IMG/VR virus record: IMGVR_UViG_3300027754_000075
Location: 8,748-72,747 of that record
Length of the DNA: 64,000 bases
From: a virus
Strand: one strand, 5' to 3'
The notes beneath the pieces are model-generated. The model did not search any database and was not told the origin of the DNA. It was given only the letters and a program-made list of their open reading frames with translations. Each line of letters starts with the position of its first letter. The first letter of the stretch is position 1. The translations under genes were made by a program, and so were the position numbers. Positions 18,828 to 30,178 of the stretch are shown one piece after another.

Positions 18828-21800
18828 ATGGGTCTCTCCAGATTAGATAATTTTCTTAAGTCAGTACGTGGTACAATTTTATACGTTGACCCTAGTAGTC
18901 TTGACTCAACTGATAGTATTGAAAATCAAGGAAATAGTTTAACACGTCCATTTAAAACAATTCAACGAGCACTGGTTGAATCCGCAAGATTTTCATATCA
19001 AATTGGTCTGGATAATGATAGATTTGATAAGACCACGATTCTTGTTTATCCCGGAGATCATATTATTGATAATCGTCCTGGTTGGATTCCGGATGGTGCA
19101 AATAATTATAGACTTCGTGATGGACAAACCTCTAATGATTTCCCACCCTTTGATTTAACAACGACTTTTGATTTATCTTCTCCCGATAATCAACTTTATA
19201 AACTGAACAGTATTCACGGTGGTGTGATTATTCCTCGTGGTACTTCACTTGTTGGACTGGATTTAAGAAAAACAAAAATCCGTCCCAAATATGTACCAAA
19301 CCCAACAAATGATAATATTGAAAGGTCTTGTATCTTTCGTGTTACTGGTACTTGTTATTTCTGGCAGTTCTCACTGTTTGATGCAGATCCAAATGGACAG
19401 TGTTACACAGATTATACAGACAACTTATTTGTTCCCAATTTTTCACATCATAAACTTTCGTGTTTTGAGTATGCAGATGGTGTAAATGATGTAAGTATTA
19501 GTGATGCTTTTCAGACATATTCTACGGATCGCACAGATCTGGAAATGTATTATGAGAAGGTTGGTCTTGCATATGGACAGGCATCAGGTCGTCAGATTCA
19601 ACCAGATTATCCTTCTTCTGGTCTTGATATTCAACCAAAAATTGGTGAGTATCGTATTGTAGGCCCAACAGGAGGTAATATTGGAATTACAAGTATTCGT
19701 GCCGGAAATGGTATCACTCCGACCACAACCATTACTGCAACATTAGACTCCCTAACCGGATTGGATGTTGATACTGCATTTAGAATCAATAGTGTATCAG
19801 ATAACGATTATAATGGAGAGTTTGTTGTTACAAGTGTTCCTGCAACAAATCAGATTACTTATCAGGTTCAAAATGCGCCAGTAAATGCTCTTCCTTCGGT
19901 CACAGGAGCATCTTTATTTCTCAAAACTGATACTGTTGCTTCTGCATCTCCATATATTTTTAACGTTTCCTTGCGTTCTGTTTATGGAATGTGTGGAGTT
20001 CTGTCGGATGGTGATAAGGCAACAGGATTTAAGTCGATGGTTCTTGCACAATTTACAGGAATCAGTCTACAAAAAGATGATCGTGCATTCGTTCTTTATA
20101 ATACAACTACCGGACAATATACAGACAGCACTACTCCTGGAAATGAGAATTTAAGTATCAATTCAAGAGCAGTTTATAAACCAGCATATGAGAGTTTTCA
20201 TATTCGAACCATTAATGATGCATATATTCAGAACGTATCTATTTTTGCAATTGGATTTCATTCACACTTTAATGCAGAAAGTGGTGGAGATCAGTCAATT
20301 AATAACTCCAACTCCAACTTTGGATCAAAATCACTTCTTGCAACTGGATTCAAGAGAAATGCATTTCCAAGAGATGATGTGGGGTATATTACTCACGTAA
20401 TTCCACCAAGAGAAATTGAAACTCTCGAAGGAACGATTGAATTTATTGGAATCGATGTTGCAAAAACTGTTGGAGTTGCAAGCACAAGTCGTCTATATCT
20501 TTATAATGAAACAAATGCCTCAACTCCACCACAAAATGTTCTTCAGGGATACCGAGTCGGTGCAAAAACAGATGACACTCTGAATGTATTGATTTCGAGT
20601 TCTGGATCGTCTCAAGAGTATTCGGCAAATATTGTAATGCCGGACACTCAAGGATCTGCAAATGAGACCATCGCAATCAAATCCTTTCAGGTTGGTCAAT
20701 CTGCTACAGGCGTGAGCAGTATTACCTCAAATGTTTTTACATTTACGCAACCTCATACTTTTATTGAAGGAGAATCGGTTCGTATAAAGAGTTTTACTGG
20801 GAATATACCCGATGGAATTATTTCAAATGTAATTTACTATGCAATTACTTCTGGAACTGGAATAACTTCTACTACACAAATTAAACTTGCAAAAACACCA
20901 AACGACGCAATTAATGATACACCAATTTCAGTAAATAATAAGGGTGGAATTCTTACAATCGAAAGTCGAGTTGTTGATAAAACTCCTGGTAGTTTTGGAC
21001 ATCCGATTCAGTATGATACTTCTCAAAATAACTGGTATATAAATGTTTCTGCTGCATCTACACAAAACAGTATTTACTCCACGATTGTTTCATTAGGAAC
21101 TACTGCTCTTGGAGCATCTACACCCAGATCATATCTCTATCGTAAAGTAGATCCAAGAAGTGTTCTGGATACAATTTATAGACTTCGTTATGTAATTCCT
21201 GCATCTGCGGGTGTTACATCTGCAAGACCACCACTGGACGGATTTATTATTCAAGAATCTTCCACTACAATTGGTTCATCAAACGCAGAAGTTGCGATAC
21301 CATTTAGTCCAACAACAGTATCAATCTCAAACGAAAATCAATTAAGAAACTTCCGCATTATTTCAAATGCAAGTTGGGATGGGACATATGCATATTTTAA
21401 TACAGAGCTTCCTCACGAACTGTCTATTGGAAGTCAGGTAAGTGTTCTAAATGTTGTAAGTTCTACAAATACTGCGGGAACAGTCAACTCTGGATTTAAT
21501 TTTAATTATAATGTTGTAGGAATCTCAAGTCTCAAACAGTTTATAGTAGGTCTAACCACAAATCCTGGAATTTTTACAAATAATGTTTCGAGTCGAACAA
21601 CATCACTTCCAAGATTTGTTCGCAAACAATACAAAGAAACTCTAATTGTTTATAGAGCTCAACAAATAGAACCTTATATTCCCGGAGAGCAGGATGGTGT
21701 ATATCACTTATTAGTTGTAAATGCATCTAATAGTCCATCTATTGCACCTTTTACAGGATTGCGATTCTCTCAACCTATTCAAAATTTATACCCACAACTG

Positions 21801-24692
21801 AATCGTGATAATCCAGTTTCAGATCCAAAGGCAGCAACATCATTTGCTCTCTCAAGTCCAATCGGTCAGGTTGTTGTTGATGACCCACAAAGTAGCATTA
21901 CAAAAGAGAGTTTAAGTAAGGGTCTGGTTGATTTTGGTGTAGGAATTGGTCTTACTGATATTGTATCTTCTAGCACTGGAATTGCACATACTTTTCATAC
22001 TACAATCGATCACGGATTTAATCCCATCACATCTGTTGGTATTACAAGCACTGGTATTGCTTATGGTGGTGGATCTGGTGGAGTTGAAAATCTTTATAAT
22101 GCAAGATTGGTCGGATTTGCAGGATCAACAACGGGAGCAAATGCAACTGCAAGAATCACTGTAAATGCATCTGGATCAATTACTGCAGTCAAGATTATTG
22201 ATGGTGGTTCTGCATATGGAATCGGAAATACTCTTGCGGTGGTTGGAGTCGCAACAACATCTGGATTCGTTCGGGGATATGTAACTGTAACCGGAGTTCA
22301 TAATCATATTGGAGAATGTCTCACGGTTGCCGGAGTTGTTCCTGCTGCTCTGGATGGTTATAATGGTGTTTATAAAATCACTGGTATTGCAACCGGAAAT
22401 ATAAAACAACTTCAGGTCGAATCTGCATCAGCAGTTGGAAATGCATCTACGACTGGAATTGGAGTTACTGTAACTGCATATTCCCGAGCAATTAATGCAG
22501 GGAAATCAATTGATATTACTACACTTACTTATAATAATGTAACTGGAATCTCAACGATTACCACGATTCAGAATCACGGATTATCAGTCGGAAATAAAAT
22601 TACCATCGGTGGAGCAAACTCTTCTCTCTTTAATTCAGATTTTCTGGTTAAAAAAGTCAATAGTCTGGTTCAATTCGAAACCTTTGTTGGAATCGGAACT
22701 ACATCTCCGGCCACCACAGGAACAAAAACAATCTATATCAAGGCATTTGGATCACAAGGAGGAACAGTTACTCCGGAAGATGAGAATATTGCCGGAAGAT
22801 TAGAACCACAATATGCAGGGATTACAACAACTCTTTCTTCTGCAATCAACACTGCAACGGTTGATAACTTTAATATACAAAATATCACTAGTTTAGATTT
22901 GAATATTGGAGATTATTTACTGATTGATTCTGAAATAATGAGAATCAAAACAACAGTCACAGGAAACCCTGTTTTTGTTTTTAGAGGAGTTTATGGAACG
23001 AATGCATCTACTCACGATAATGGTTCTGTTGTTCGTAGAATCAAACTTCGTCCGATTGAATTAAGAAGACACTCTATTATTCGTGCATCGGGACATACCT
23101 TTGAGTATGTTGGATTTGGTCCAGGAAATTATTCTACAGCATTCCCAGATCGTCAAGACAGAGTTCTATCAGATCAAGAAGAACTGCTCTCACAATCCAC
23201 CAAAGTGAATGGTGGTCTGGTTGTATTTACAGGAATGAATGATCGTGGTGCATTCTATGTGGGAAATAAGAAAGTAAACTCTGCAACAGGACAAGAACAG
23301 GTCTTTGATTCTCCAATTCCGACTGTGACCGGAGAAGATATTTTATCTGCAGTGAGTGTCGGATTTGATGCTCTCACTCCTCTTGAAATTTCTGTTTCTC
23401 GTTCTATTCGTGTTGAGGGTGGAACAGACGGAACACTCATCTCTGAATTTGATGGTCCAGTAATCTTCAATCAAAAGATTACCTCAAATGCACCTGATGG
23501 AATTGAGGCAAATAGTATTTTCCTTCAGGGAGATGCAACAGTATCACGTAAGTATACTGTTGGAGTCACACAACCAACAGTTTCAGGAAACCCTGGAGAT
23601 ATTGCTTATTATTCAGATCCAAATCGGGGTGGATATGTTGGTTGGGTTTATACTTTAGAAAATGATTGGTATCGTTTTGGAAATATAAGCATTTCTGAAA
23701 CCGAAAATCATATGATTTTTGATCGTGTCGGAATTGCAACTACTAGTGCAGGAACTTCTAGACTTGTAATCGGTGCAGGTTCTTCACTCTTCTCTGTGAA
23801 TGCAACTGGTGGTGTTGGAATTGGAACAACTGCAAATCAATATAAACTGAATGTAAATGGAAATACAAATATTGGTGGGACAATTACTGCATCTTATTTC
23901 TCTGGTGATGGTAGTTCTCTTATAAATCTAAATGCTGCTGCACTTGGATGGACTCAAATATCTGGAGGCATCTATAATACTGCACTTAATAATGTTGGTA
24001 TCGGTACTTCTGTTCCAAGGTTTAATTTAGAACTAGGTGCAGTCGGTTCTTCATCAACATCACTTCACGTAAATGGTACTTCTACATTTATTGGATTAGT
24101 TACTACAGGTAATGTAGTTGTTGGTGGAATGTTAACCTCTACGTCATTCCGATTGGATGGTTCATCAAGTAATATTCGTGCAGGTATTATTACTACAACA
24201 ACATTAAATGTTGGTATTGGTGGAACCATACTAACAACAAGTGGTTCAAATGTTGGAATTGGAACCACAGTACCAAGAGCAAAACTTGATATTGAGGGTC
24301 ACACAAGATTTAAGACCTATAGTGAAAATGTAGAATACTTATCGGTTGTTGCAAATCAGGTAACCATAGACCTTTCCAAGGCACAGTCATTTATTTGTAC
24401 TGCAACAAGTAATATTAATCAGTTTAATCTACTCAACCCACCTTCTGCATCCACTGAATTTGCGATTAAAATAGATCAGGATTCTACAGGAAGTCGCACT
24501 GTTGGTATTGATACCTTTAAGGATTCTGTTGGAACTGCAATTCCTGTTTATTGGCCTGGTGGTGGTGTTCTTCCGATTGTAACTCCAACAGCAAGTCGTT
24601 CTGATATTTACATCTTTAAAACTTTTGATGGTAGTAATATTACCAGTGTAGGACTTTATGGAGTGGTTGTCGGTCAAAACTTTGCTAACTAA
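18828..24692 (+). CDS. very large tail fibre/spike structural protein (1954 aa)
   Basis: ILYV...RPFKTIQRA beta-helix entry; IRASGHTFEYVGFG; VGIGT repeats; C-terminal IDLS...W.GG..P..T...DI domain. Confidence 0.8.
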   Translation: MGLSRLDNFLKSVRGTILYVDPSSLDSTDSIENQGNSLTRPFKTIQRALVESARFSYQIGLDNDRFDKTTILVYPGDHIIDNRPGWIPDGANNYRLRDGQTSNDFPPFDLTTTFDLSSPDNQLYKLNSIHGGVIIPRGTSLVGLDLRKTKIRPKYVPNPTNDNIERSCIFRVTGTCYFWQFSLFDADPNGQCYTDYTDNLFVPNFSHHKLSCFEYADGVNDVSISDAFQTYSTDRTDLEMYYEKVGLAYGQASGRQIQPDYPSSGLDIQPKIGEYRIVGPTGGNIGITSIRAGNGITPTTTITATLDSLTGLDVDTAFRINSVSDNDYNGEFVVTSVPATNQITYQVQNAPVNALPSVTGASLFLKTDTVASASPYIFNVSLRSVYGMCGVLSDGDKATGFKSMVLAQFTGISLQKDDRAFVLYNTTTGQYTDSTTPGNENLSINSRAVYKPAYESFHIRTINDAYIQNVSIFAIGFHSHFNAESGGDQSINNSNSNFGSKSLLATGFKRNAFPRDDVGYITHVIPPREIETLEGTIEFIGIDVAKTVGVASTSRLYLYNETNASTPPQNVLQGYRVGAKTDDTLNVLISSSGSSQEYSANIVMPDTQGSANETIAIKSFQVGQSATGVSSITSNVFTFTQPHTFIEGESVRIKSFTGNIPDGIISNVIYYAITSGTGITSTTQIKLAKTPNDAINDTPISVNNKGGILTIESRVVDKTPGSFGHPIQYDTSQNNWYINVSAASTQNSIYSTIVSLGTTALGASTPRSYLYRKVDPRSVLDTIYRLRYVIPASAGVTSARPPLDGFIIQESSTTIGSSNAEVAIPFSPTTVSISNENQLRNFRIISNASWDGTYAYFNTELPHELSIGSQVSVLNVVSSTNTAGTVNSGFNFNYNVVGISSLKQFIVGLTTNPGIFTNNVSSRTTSLPRFVRKQYKETLIVYRAQQIEPYIPGEQDGVYHLLVVNASNSPSIAPFTGLRFSQPIQNLYPQLNRDNPVSDPKAATSFALSSPIGQVVVDDPQSSITKESLSKGLVDFGVGIGLTDIVSSSTGIAHTFHTTIDHGFNPITSVGITSTGIAYGGGSGGVENLYNARLVGFAGSTTGANATARITVNASGSITAVKIIDGGSAYGIGNTLAVVGVATTSGFVRGYVTVTGVHNHIGECLTVAGVVPAALDGYNGVYKITGIATGNIKQLQVESASAVGNASTTGIGVTVTAYSRAINAGKSIDITTLTYNNVTGISTITTIQNHGLSVGNKITIGGANSSLFNSDFLVKKVNSLVQFETFVGIGTTSPATTGTKTIYIKAFGSQGGTVTPEDENIAGRLEPQYAGITTTLSSAINTATVDNFNIQNITSLDLNIGDYLLIDSEIMRIKTTVTGNPVFVFRGVYGTNASTHDNGSVVRRIKLRPIELRRHSIIRASGHTFEYVGFGPGNYSTAFPDRQDRVLSDQEELLSQSTKVNGGLVVFTGMNDRGAFYVGNKKVNSATGQEQVFDSPIPTVTGEDILSAVSVGFDALTPLEISVSRSIRVEGGTDGTLISEFDGPVIFNQKITSNAPDGIEANSIFLQGDATVSRKYTVGVTQPTVSGNPGDIAYYSDPNRGGYVGWVYTLENDWYRFGNISISETENHMIFDRVGIATTSAGTSRLVIGAGSSLFSVNATGGVGIGTTANQYKLNVNGNTNIGGTITASYFSGDGSSLINLNAAALGWTQISGGIYNTALNNVGIGTSVPRFNLELGAVGSSSTSLHVNGTSTFIGLVTTGNVVVGGMLTSTSFRLDGSSSNIRAGIITTTTLNVGIGGTILTTSGSNVGIGTTVPRAKLDIEGHTRFKTYSENVEYLSVVANQVTIDLSKAQSFICTATSNINQFNLLNPPSASTEFAIKIDQDSTGSRTVGIDTFKDSVGTAIPVYWPGGGVLPIVTPTASRSDIYIFKTFDGSNITSVGLYGVVVGQNFAN

Positions 24693-24703
24693 AACAAAGT
24701 AAA

Positions 24704-26374
24704 ATGAAACAAACAACTTTAGATCTAAATGGACCTATTTTAGGATTTTCTACAAATCCTCAAGATGTTACGGTCAATAATGCAGGTATAGCAACATTTA
24801 TTGGAATTGCAACTGCGTATTTTATAAGTCAAAATCCAACAAATATATTTTCATCAAACACTGGAATTGTGACTCATCGTTGGTATGCTGCTGGAATTGG
24901 TGCTCTGTCTGATGGAGCCAATACAACTCTAGGGGCAACTCTCTCTGGTACTGCAACAACAACATTAACTGTGAGTAGTGCAACAAGTCCGACAACAAGT
25001 GGCATACAACTTTTTGTAAGTGCAGATTATGTACCATCTGCATATCAATCATCATCTCCAATTACTGCAGGGACTGCTCGTTCTACAGGAAATGCAATCA
25101 ATGAAATATTGTTCTCAAATACTGCAACACTAACAGTAAACCCCTTTGTATCAATTTCAGCACAACCATCAAGTTCTACAGTTGCTCAAGGACAAACAAC
25201 AACATTTTCGGTAACAGCAGCATCAAGTAATAATACTGATATTGCATATCAGTGGTATATTGGTGGTTCTCCAGTATCAGACGGAACCTCTGGTGGAAGT
25301 ACAATTAGTGGAGCAAATACAAACATTCTTACTGTTACTACTAGTTCCGGAACTCCTGCAGGAAATTCTAATGTTTTCGTTTCTGTTTCTCATCCAACTG
25401 CAGCAAATTCTCCTGTGGTTTCAAATACCGTGACTTTATCTGTTGTTGCCGCAAGACAAATTATTAATGTAGAAACTTTTAATCAAGGTAGTGGAGATGC
25501 ATCTTTATCAAGTTACAATATCTTTAATGGAGAATTGACTATTGAACCATCACCTGGAGCACCACAAGGAACCGCATTTTGTTTTTATGCCCCAGAAAGA
25601 GACGTTGAGGTGTTTATAGATTTATATGCTTCTACTGGTTCTAATAATGGTGGTTACGTTGCTGGACAAGGAGGAGTATCAACAATTAAAATGACATTAC
25701 AACAAAATGTTGAATATGTGATTTCCCCTTTACCTCAAGTATCTGGTGGTGCTGGTGTTTTTCTCTGGAGAAAAGCATCTCTCATTGCCTGCTGTGGTGG
25801 TGGAGGAAATGCTGGTAATGGTGGAAATGGTGGTGATGGTGGTGGAGTAAATGTTTCTGGACAAAATGGATCTGGTAGAGGTGCTGGTGCCGGAGCAATT
25901 AGAATTTCAGCAGGAAGTCTACCTACAACTAGTGGTATTTTTGGATCTCTTGTAGGTGGGACCATTCCCCTTGCTTCTGGAGATAGCAATGCAAGTGGTA
26001 CTTCTGGAGGAAGAGCTCTTGGGTGTACAAAGGGTGGTACTTCAGGATCCAATAGTTATTGGATGAATAGTGGATATTCTCCATGTCAAGATGTGGGAAG
26101 AACTAAATTAATCAATGCAAATGGTCAAGTAGTCCCTTCTAGCACTGACACAATTCAAAGGGGACATAAAGTTGGTTATGCTATTCGTCAAACTGCTGGA
26201 AGAGGATTAAATGGTGGTGGTAATGGAGCAAATGGTGCTACTGGTGGTGATGGTGGTGATGGTGGGGGGGGAGGAGGTGGTGGAAGTGGTTATACCGATG
26301 GTTCGATCACAGTGGTTGCCACACGTCAAGGTGGCCATTCAGGGCAACCAAGGGTTGTAATTAGAAAAGTATAA
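24704..26374 (+). CDS. Ig-like domains plus Gly-rich tip adhesin
   Basis: ISAQPSSSTV...FSVTA...YQWY Ig motif; GGGG-rich C-terminal half. Confidence 0.7.
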   Translation: MKQTTLDLNGPILGFSTNPQDVTVNNAGIATFIGIATAYFISQNPTNIFSSNTGIVTHRWYAAGIGALSDGANTTLGATLSGTATTTLTVSSATSPTTSGIQLFVSADYVPSAYQSSSPITAGTARSTGNAINEILFSNTATLTVNPFVSISAQPSSSTVAQGQTTTFSVTAASSNNTDIAYQWYIGGSPVSDGTSGGSTISGANTNILTVTTSSGTPAGNSNVFVSVSHPTAANSPVVSNTVTLSVVAARQIINVETFNQGSGDASLSSYNIFNGELTIEPSPGAPQGTAFCFYAPERDVEVFIDLYASTGSNNGGYVAGQGGVSTIKMTLQQNVEYVISPLPQVSGGAGVFLWRKASLIACCGGGGNAGNGGNGGDGGGVNVSGQNGSGRGAGAGAIRISAGSLPTTSGIFGSLVGGTIPLASGDSNASGTSGGRALGCTKGGTSGSNSYWMNSGYSPCQDVGRTKLINANGQVVPSSTDTIQRGHKVGYAIRQTAGRGLNGGGNGANGATGGDGGDGGGGGGGGSGYTDGSITVVATRQGGHSGQPRVVIRKV

Positions 26375-26377
26375 ATA
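26370..26377 (+). promoter_or_regulatory. late promoter TATAAATA overlapping the upstream stop codon
   Basis: Exact T4 late consensus; the TAA at 26372-26374 is the stop of the preceding gene. Confidence 0.75.
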
Positions 26378-26408
26378 ATAATAACTAACAGGTTGGCGTT
26401 CTCCACCT

Positions 26409-28298
26409 ATGGCTGCAGTAAATAAGAATTTCGTCATAAAAAATGGGTTAGAAGTAGATACTAACCTGATTGTTGCAGATTCTCAAACTAATAAAGTAGG
26501 TATTGGTACCACAGTTCCACAATACATTCTACACGTTAATGGTGGTATTGGTGTAACTAATGCTTATGTAAGTGGTATTGCAACGATTACAACTGGGATT
26601 GTTACCAATCTTACCAGTACAAATCTTAATGTAACTGGTGTTGGTACAATTGTAACCGGTAATATTACCAATCTAACAAATACCAATCTCAATGTAACTG
26701 GTATTGCAACGATTGCAACACTGAATGCAACTGGAATCGGTGTTACTAACTTTACAGTTTATAATAATCTTTCTATTGGTGGAATCTCTACATTCACCAA
26801 TGGGCCAGTACTGATTGGTTCTGGTACTTCTACAGGAACAGCATCACAGAGACTTCAGGTAACTGGTGGGACTTATGTTTCTGGTAATCTTGGTATTGGG
26901 TCCACAAATCCAACATCTGCTCTCTTTGTTGTTGGTGATGCAAGAGTCACTGGTGTTATTACCGCAACTACATTTAGTGGAAATGTAAATGCTGGTGTGG
27001 GAACCATTACCACATTGGGTTCTACAAGTGGAACCATAACAAACCTGACTGGCACTGCAGGAACGATTACTACCCTGAATAGTACATCAGGAACCATAAC
27101 AAACCTGACTGGTACTGCAGGAACCATTACGACTTTTAATAGTACTTCTGGAACCATAACAAACCTGACTGGTACTGCAGGAACCATTACGACTTTTAAT
27201 AGTACTAATTTAAGGAGCACCAATCTCAATGTTACTGGTATCAGTACATTAGGAACAGTAAAAATATCATCAGGTATTATTACTGCAACATCAGGAGTTG
27301 TGACTTACTTTGGTGATGGTAACTTTCTAAACCTAACCTCTAATCCAAGTAGAGGTATTGGTATTGGTACTATTGGTGGTGTTGTTGGGTATGCAGTCAC
27401 CTTTATTAACTTTAAAGGTGCAGGAGTTTCTACAACACAATATAACTCAAACACTGGTATTGCAACCATCTTCTTTGAGGGTGGAGGAGGTGGAGGTGGT
27501 TCAATCAGTATTAGTACCACAGCACCAATATCTCCTGGTTCTGGTGACTTATGGTACAGTCCAGATTATGGAAGAACTTTTATCTATTATGATGAGAGTG
27601 TTGTTGGATATGGTACTGATGCATTCTGGGTAGATGCTGCACCCTTTAATGTTGGTGTGATTACATCTACAGCATTTGCTCCTGCTTCGGCATCTGCTCC
27701 AAGTATTCATTTTGCTGGTGATGTTCAGACTGGATTTTTCTCTCCGAGTTCTGGAAATATTACTGCGGTTTCGGTTGGTTCATCAATACTGAATGTAAAT
27801 CCTTCTGGTATTATTGTAACCGGTGTGGTGACTGCAACCTCTTTTGTTGGTAATGGTAGTGGACTGACTGGTGCTGGTTCTACAGTATTCATTGATACTA
27901 CAACAAATCAAGAGTTCTTCCCCCTCTTTACTGCAACTACATCAGGAACTATTACTGCATCAGGTATTTCTACCTCTAAACTGAAATATAATCCTTCTAC
28001 AGGAACTATGACTGCAGTTGATTTTAATTCCACTAGTGATATAAATCTCAAAGAGAATATTCATACAATAGGAAATGCATTAGAAATCACAGAACAACTT
28101 CGTGGTGTTTCATTTGACTGGAAAGAAACTGGTAGAAGTTCTTATGGTGTGATTGCACAAGAACTGGAAGAAGTACTCCCAGAACTCGTAAAACAAGGTG
28201 AAGTTAAATCAGTCAACTATAATGGTATTATTGGAGTATTGATAGAAGCAATCAAAGAACTCAAGAAAGAAGTAAAAGAGCTTAAAATTGATAAATAA
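26409..28298 (+). CDS. tail fibre with C-terminal peptidase S74 intramolecular chaperone
   Basis: KNFVIKNGLEV N-terminus; VGIGT repeats; FNSTSDINLKENI...GVIAQE...VNYNG..GVLIEAIKEL. Confidence 0.85.
   Translation: MAAVNKNFVIKNGLEVDTNLIVADSQTNKVGIGTTVPQYILHVNGGIGVTNAYVSGIATITTGIVTNLTSTNLNVTGVGTIVTGNITNLTNTNLNVTGIATIATLNATGIGVTNFTVYNNLSIGGISTFTNGPVLIGSGTSTGTASQRLQVTGGTYVSGNLGIGSTNPTSALFVVGDARVTGVITATTFSGNVNAGVGTITTLGSTSGTITNLTGTAGTITTLNSTSGTITNLTGTAGTITTFNSTSGTITNLTGTAGTITTFNSTNLRSTNLNVTGISTLGTVKISSGIITATSGVVTYFGDGNFLNLTSNPSRGIGIGTIGGVVGYAVTFINFKGAGVSTTQYNSNTGIATIFFEGGGGGGGSISISTTAPISPGSGDLWYSPDYGRTFIYYDESVVGYGTDAFWVDAAPFNVGVITSTAFAPASASAPSIHFAGDVQTGFFSPSSGNITAVSVGSSILNVNPSGIIVTGVVTATSFVGNGSGLTGAGSTVFIDTTTNQEFFPLFTATTSGTITASGISTSKLKYNPSTGTMTAVDFNSTSDINLKENIHTIGNALEITEQLRGVSFDWKETGRSSYGVIAQELEEVLPELVKQGEVKSVNYNGIIGVLIEAIKELKKEVKELKIDK
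27000..27206 (+). repeat. 60-bp tandem repeat (about 3.5 copies, 30-bp sub-period)
   Basis: Encodes GTITT(L/F)NSTSGTITNLTGTA; a related unit occurs near 44070-44160. Confidence 0.9.
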
Positions 28299-28323
28299 AA
28301 CAAAGAAAACCAAGCAATTAACG

Positions 28324-28386
28324 ATGATGTTAAGTACAACTACAAACTATGAAGTCTTTGGTATTGTAAGTGGAGGTTTCTTCTAA
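28324..28386 (+). pseudogene. 20-aa remnant of a fibre gene (MMLSTTTNYEVFGIVSGGFF)
   Basis: The last 17 sense codons and stop are identical to the 3' end of 29384..30178. Confidence 0.75.
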
Positions 28387-28447
28387 TTATGGCACCTTTA
28401 TTATCACGACTTGGTTTAGGAAGAAGTGGTTTTGGATTTGGTAAGAA
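28332..28447 (+). repeat. 116-bp perfect direct repeat, copy 1
   Basis: Identical to 30124-30239. Confidence 0.95.
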
Positions 28448-29339
28448 CTCTGGTAGTGTCCCTTTTTCTGCTACTGGTGGCACAAAAACAACTTCTGGTT
28501 TGTATACAATTCATACTTTTACAACACCAGGTTCAGAAACTTTTACCGCATCCGGAAGACAAACTAATGTTGAAATTATTGCGGTAGGTGGTGGTGGTGG
28601 TGGTGGAGGAGGAGATTGTGGTCCACCAGATTTCCCATCAGCTGATGGAATATCAGGATCTTCTGGAGGAATATCAAAAGGAACTTTTACTTTCTCTCCT
28701 GGAAATTATACAGTATATGTTGGTGGTAGGGGAGATGCTGGGGGAGGACACAACACCGGAACAAATAATAGTGGATCTGGGTTTAGAAATAACGGCGGAG
28801 GAGATCCTGGTGGTCAAGGTGGTGATGGGAGTTCTGGAAATGGCGGCGGCGGAGGTGGTTTTTCTGGAGTATCGCAACCTCCTGGTCCAGGGGCTATTTT
28901 TTATATTGTAGCTGGTGGCGGCGGTGGTGGTGGAGGTGGAGGTGCTCCTGGTGGATCTCCAGGAGGTGGTAGTTCGAGAGGTGGTTCTGGTTCCTATGTA
29001 CCTGGTTCAACATCTGGACAAAATGGTCCAGGAAGAACTGGAGATAATGGTGGATTTGGCGGTGGTGGAGGAGGATATACTGGACCGGGTGTTATAACCA
29101 CAATTCCTGCTGGAGGTGGAACTAGAAATAATGGTGGATCAAATTTTACTAACCCTATAGGAACAATCTTAAGTACACATGGAGGTGGAGGTGGAACATC
29201 GAGACCAGCAGATGCTCCTCCTGCAACTTATCCAACAATACCTAGTCCTGCTGGATCTGGTGGTGGTGGTGCCAGTTGTGGAGGAGGAAGTGCTGGTATG
29301 GGGCAAGATGGAGTTATTGTAATACGATATTTAACTTAA
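28389..29339 (+). CDS. Gly-rich tip adhesin A (gp38-like polyglycine type)
   Basis: ATGGTKT...YTIHTFT, VGGGGGGG runs, GQDGVIVIRY end. Confidence 0.75.
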   Translation: MAPLLSRLGLGRSGFGFGKNSGSVPFSATGGTKTTSGLYTIHTFTTPGSETFTASGRQTNVEIIAVGGGGGGGGGDCGPPDFPSADGISGSSGGISKGTFTFSPGNYTVYVGGRGDAGGGHNTGTNNSGSGFRNNGGGDPGGQGGDGSSGNGGGGGGFSGVSQPPGPGAIFYIVAGGGGGGGGGGAPGGSPGGGSSRGGSGSYVPGSTSGQNGPGRTGDNGGFGGGGGGYTGPGVITTIPAGGGTRNNGGSNFTNPIGTILSTHGGGGGTSRPADAPPATYPTIPSPAGSGGGGASCGGGSAGMGQDGVIVIRYLT

Positions 29340-29383
29340 AAAAATGATAAATAATATTATACTAAGCCGAGTAATCAACGACG

Positions 29384-30178
29384 ATGGCAATTAAAATTTC
29401 AGGAACTACTGTTATCGATGACAGTAGGAATATACAAAATATAGGCATAGCCACCGCTACTACATTCGTTGGAGCACTTACTGGAAATGCGACTGGATTA
29501 TCTGGCACTCCTAATATTACTGTTGGTAATATTGTAGGTGTAGCACTTACATTATCTGGTAATCTTACGGTTAATGGTACTCAAACCATTATCAATACTA
29601 CTAACTTAGAAATCACAGATCCATTAGTCGGTATTGGTTCTGGTAATACCACAGACGCTCAAGCAGATGGTGATGGTATCCAGATTTATGGTGCAACTAA
29701 CAAGACATTAACATTTAATAATACCAAAAAAGCATTTGAGACTAATGTTGCTTGGGCACCAAACGAAACAAGGATTATTACAGGTGCAGAAAAAATCCAT
29801 AGACAATCTGGCAATACCGTAACACTTACCTATAACTCTTCATCAAGTTCTAATGTTGGATATACTACTAATCCAAGTGGTGATGTAACAGTAAATGTTG
29901 TAGGTATTCCAACATCAAGTGATTTTGACGATCATTCTATAAGTTTTACAGTTATCACAAGATCCACAGGAACTGCAAGAACTTGTACGGCAGTAACACT
30001 AAATGGTGTAACTGAAAATATTCGTTGGGCTGGTGGTTCTTTGAGTGGAGCACTTTCAGGTGTAACGACTGCAACAGGACACGCAATCTTTAGTTTTACT
30101 GGTATCAATACTGTTGGTTCTGCAAGTACAACTACAAACTATGAAGTCTTTGGTATTGTAAGTGGAGGTTTCTTCTAA
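29384..30178 (+). CDS. short tail fibre with C-terminal tip-docking domain
   Basis: MAIKISGTTVIDDSRN; LTVNGTQTIINTT.LEITD; ends FGIVSGGFF; paralog of 50201. Confidence 0.75.
   Translation: MAIKISGTTVIDDSRNIQNIGIATATTFVGALTGNATGLSGTPNITVGNIVGVALTLSGNLTVNGTQTIINTTNLEITDPLVGIGSGNTTDAQADGDGIQIYGATNKTLTFNNTKKAFETNVAWAPNETRIITGAEKIHRQSGNTVTLTYNSSSSSNVGYTTNPSGDVTVNVVGIPTSSDFDDHSISFTVITRSTGTARTCTAVTLNGVTENIRWAGGSLSGALSGVTTATGHAIFSFTGINTVGSASTTTNYEVFGIVSGGFF

Noticed and set aside
26264-26271. G8 tract as a phase-variation switch
   Set aside because: It is short and explained by consecutive glycine codons; no frameshift is present.
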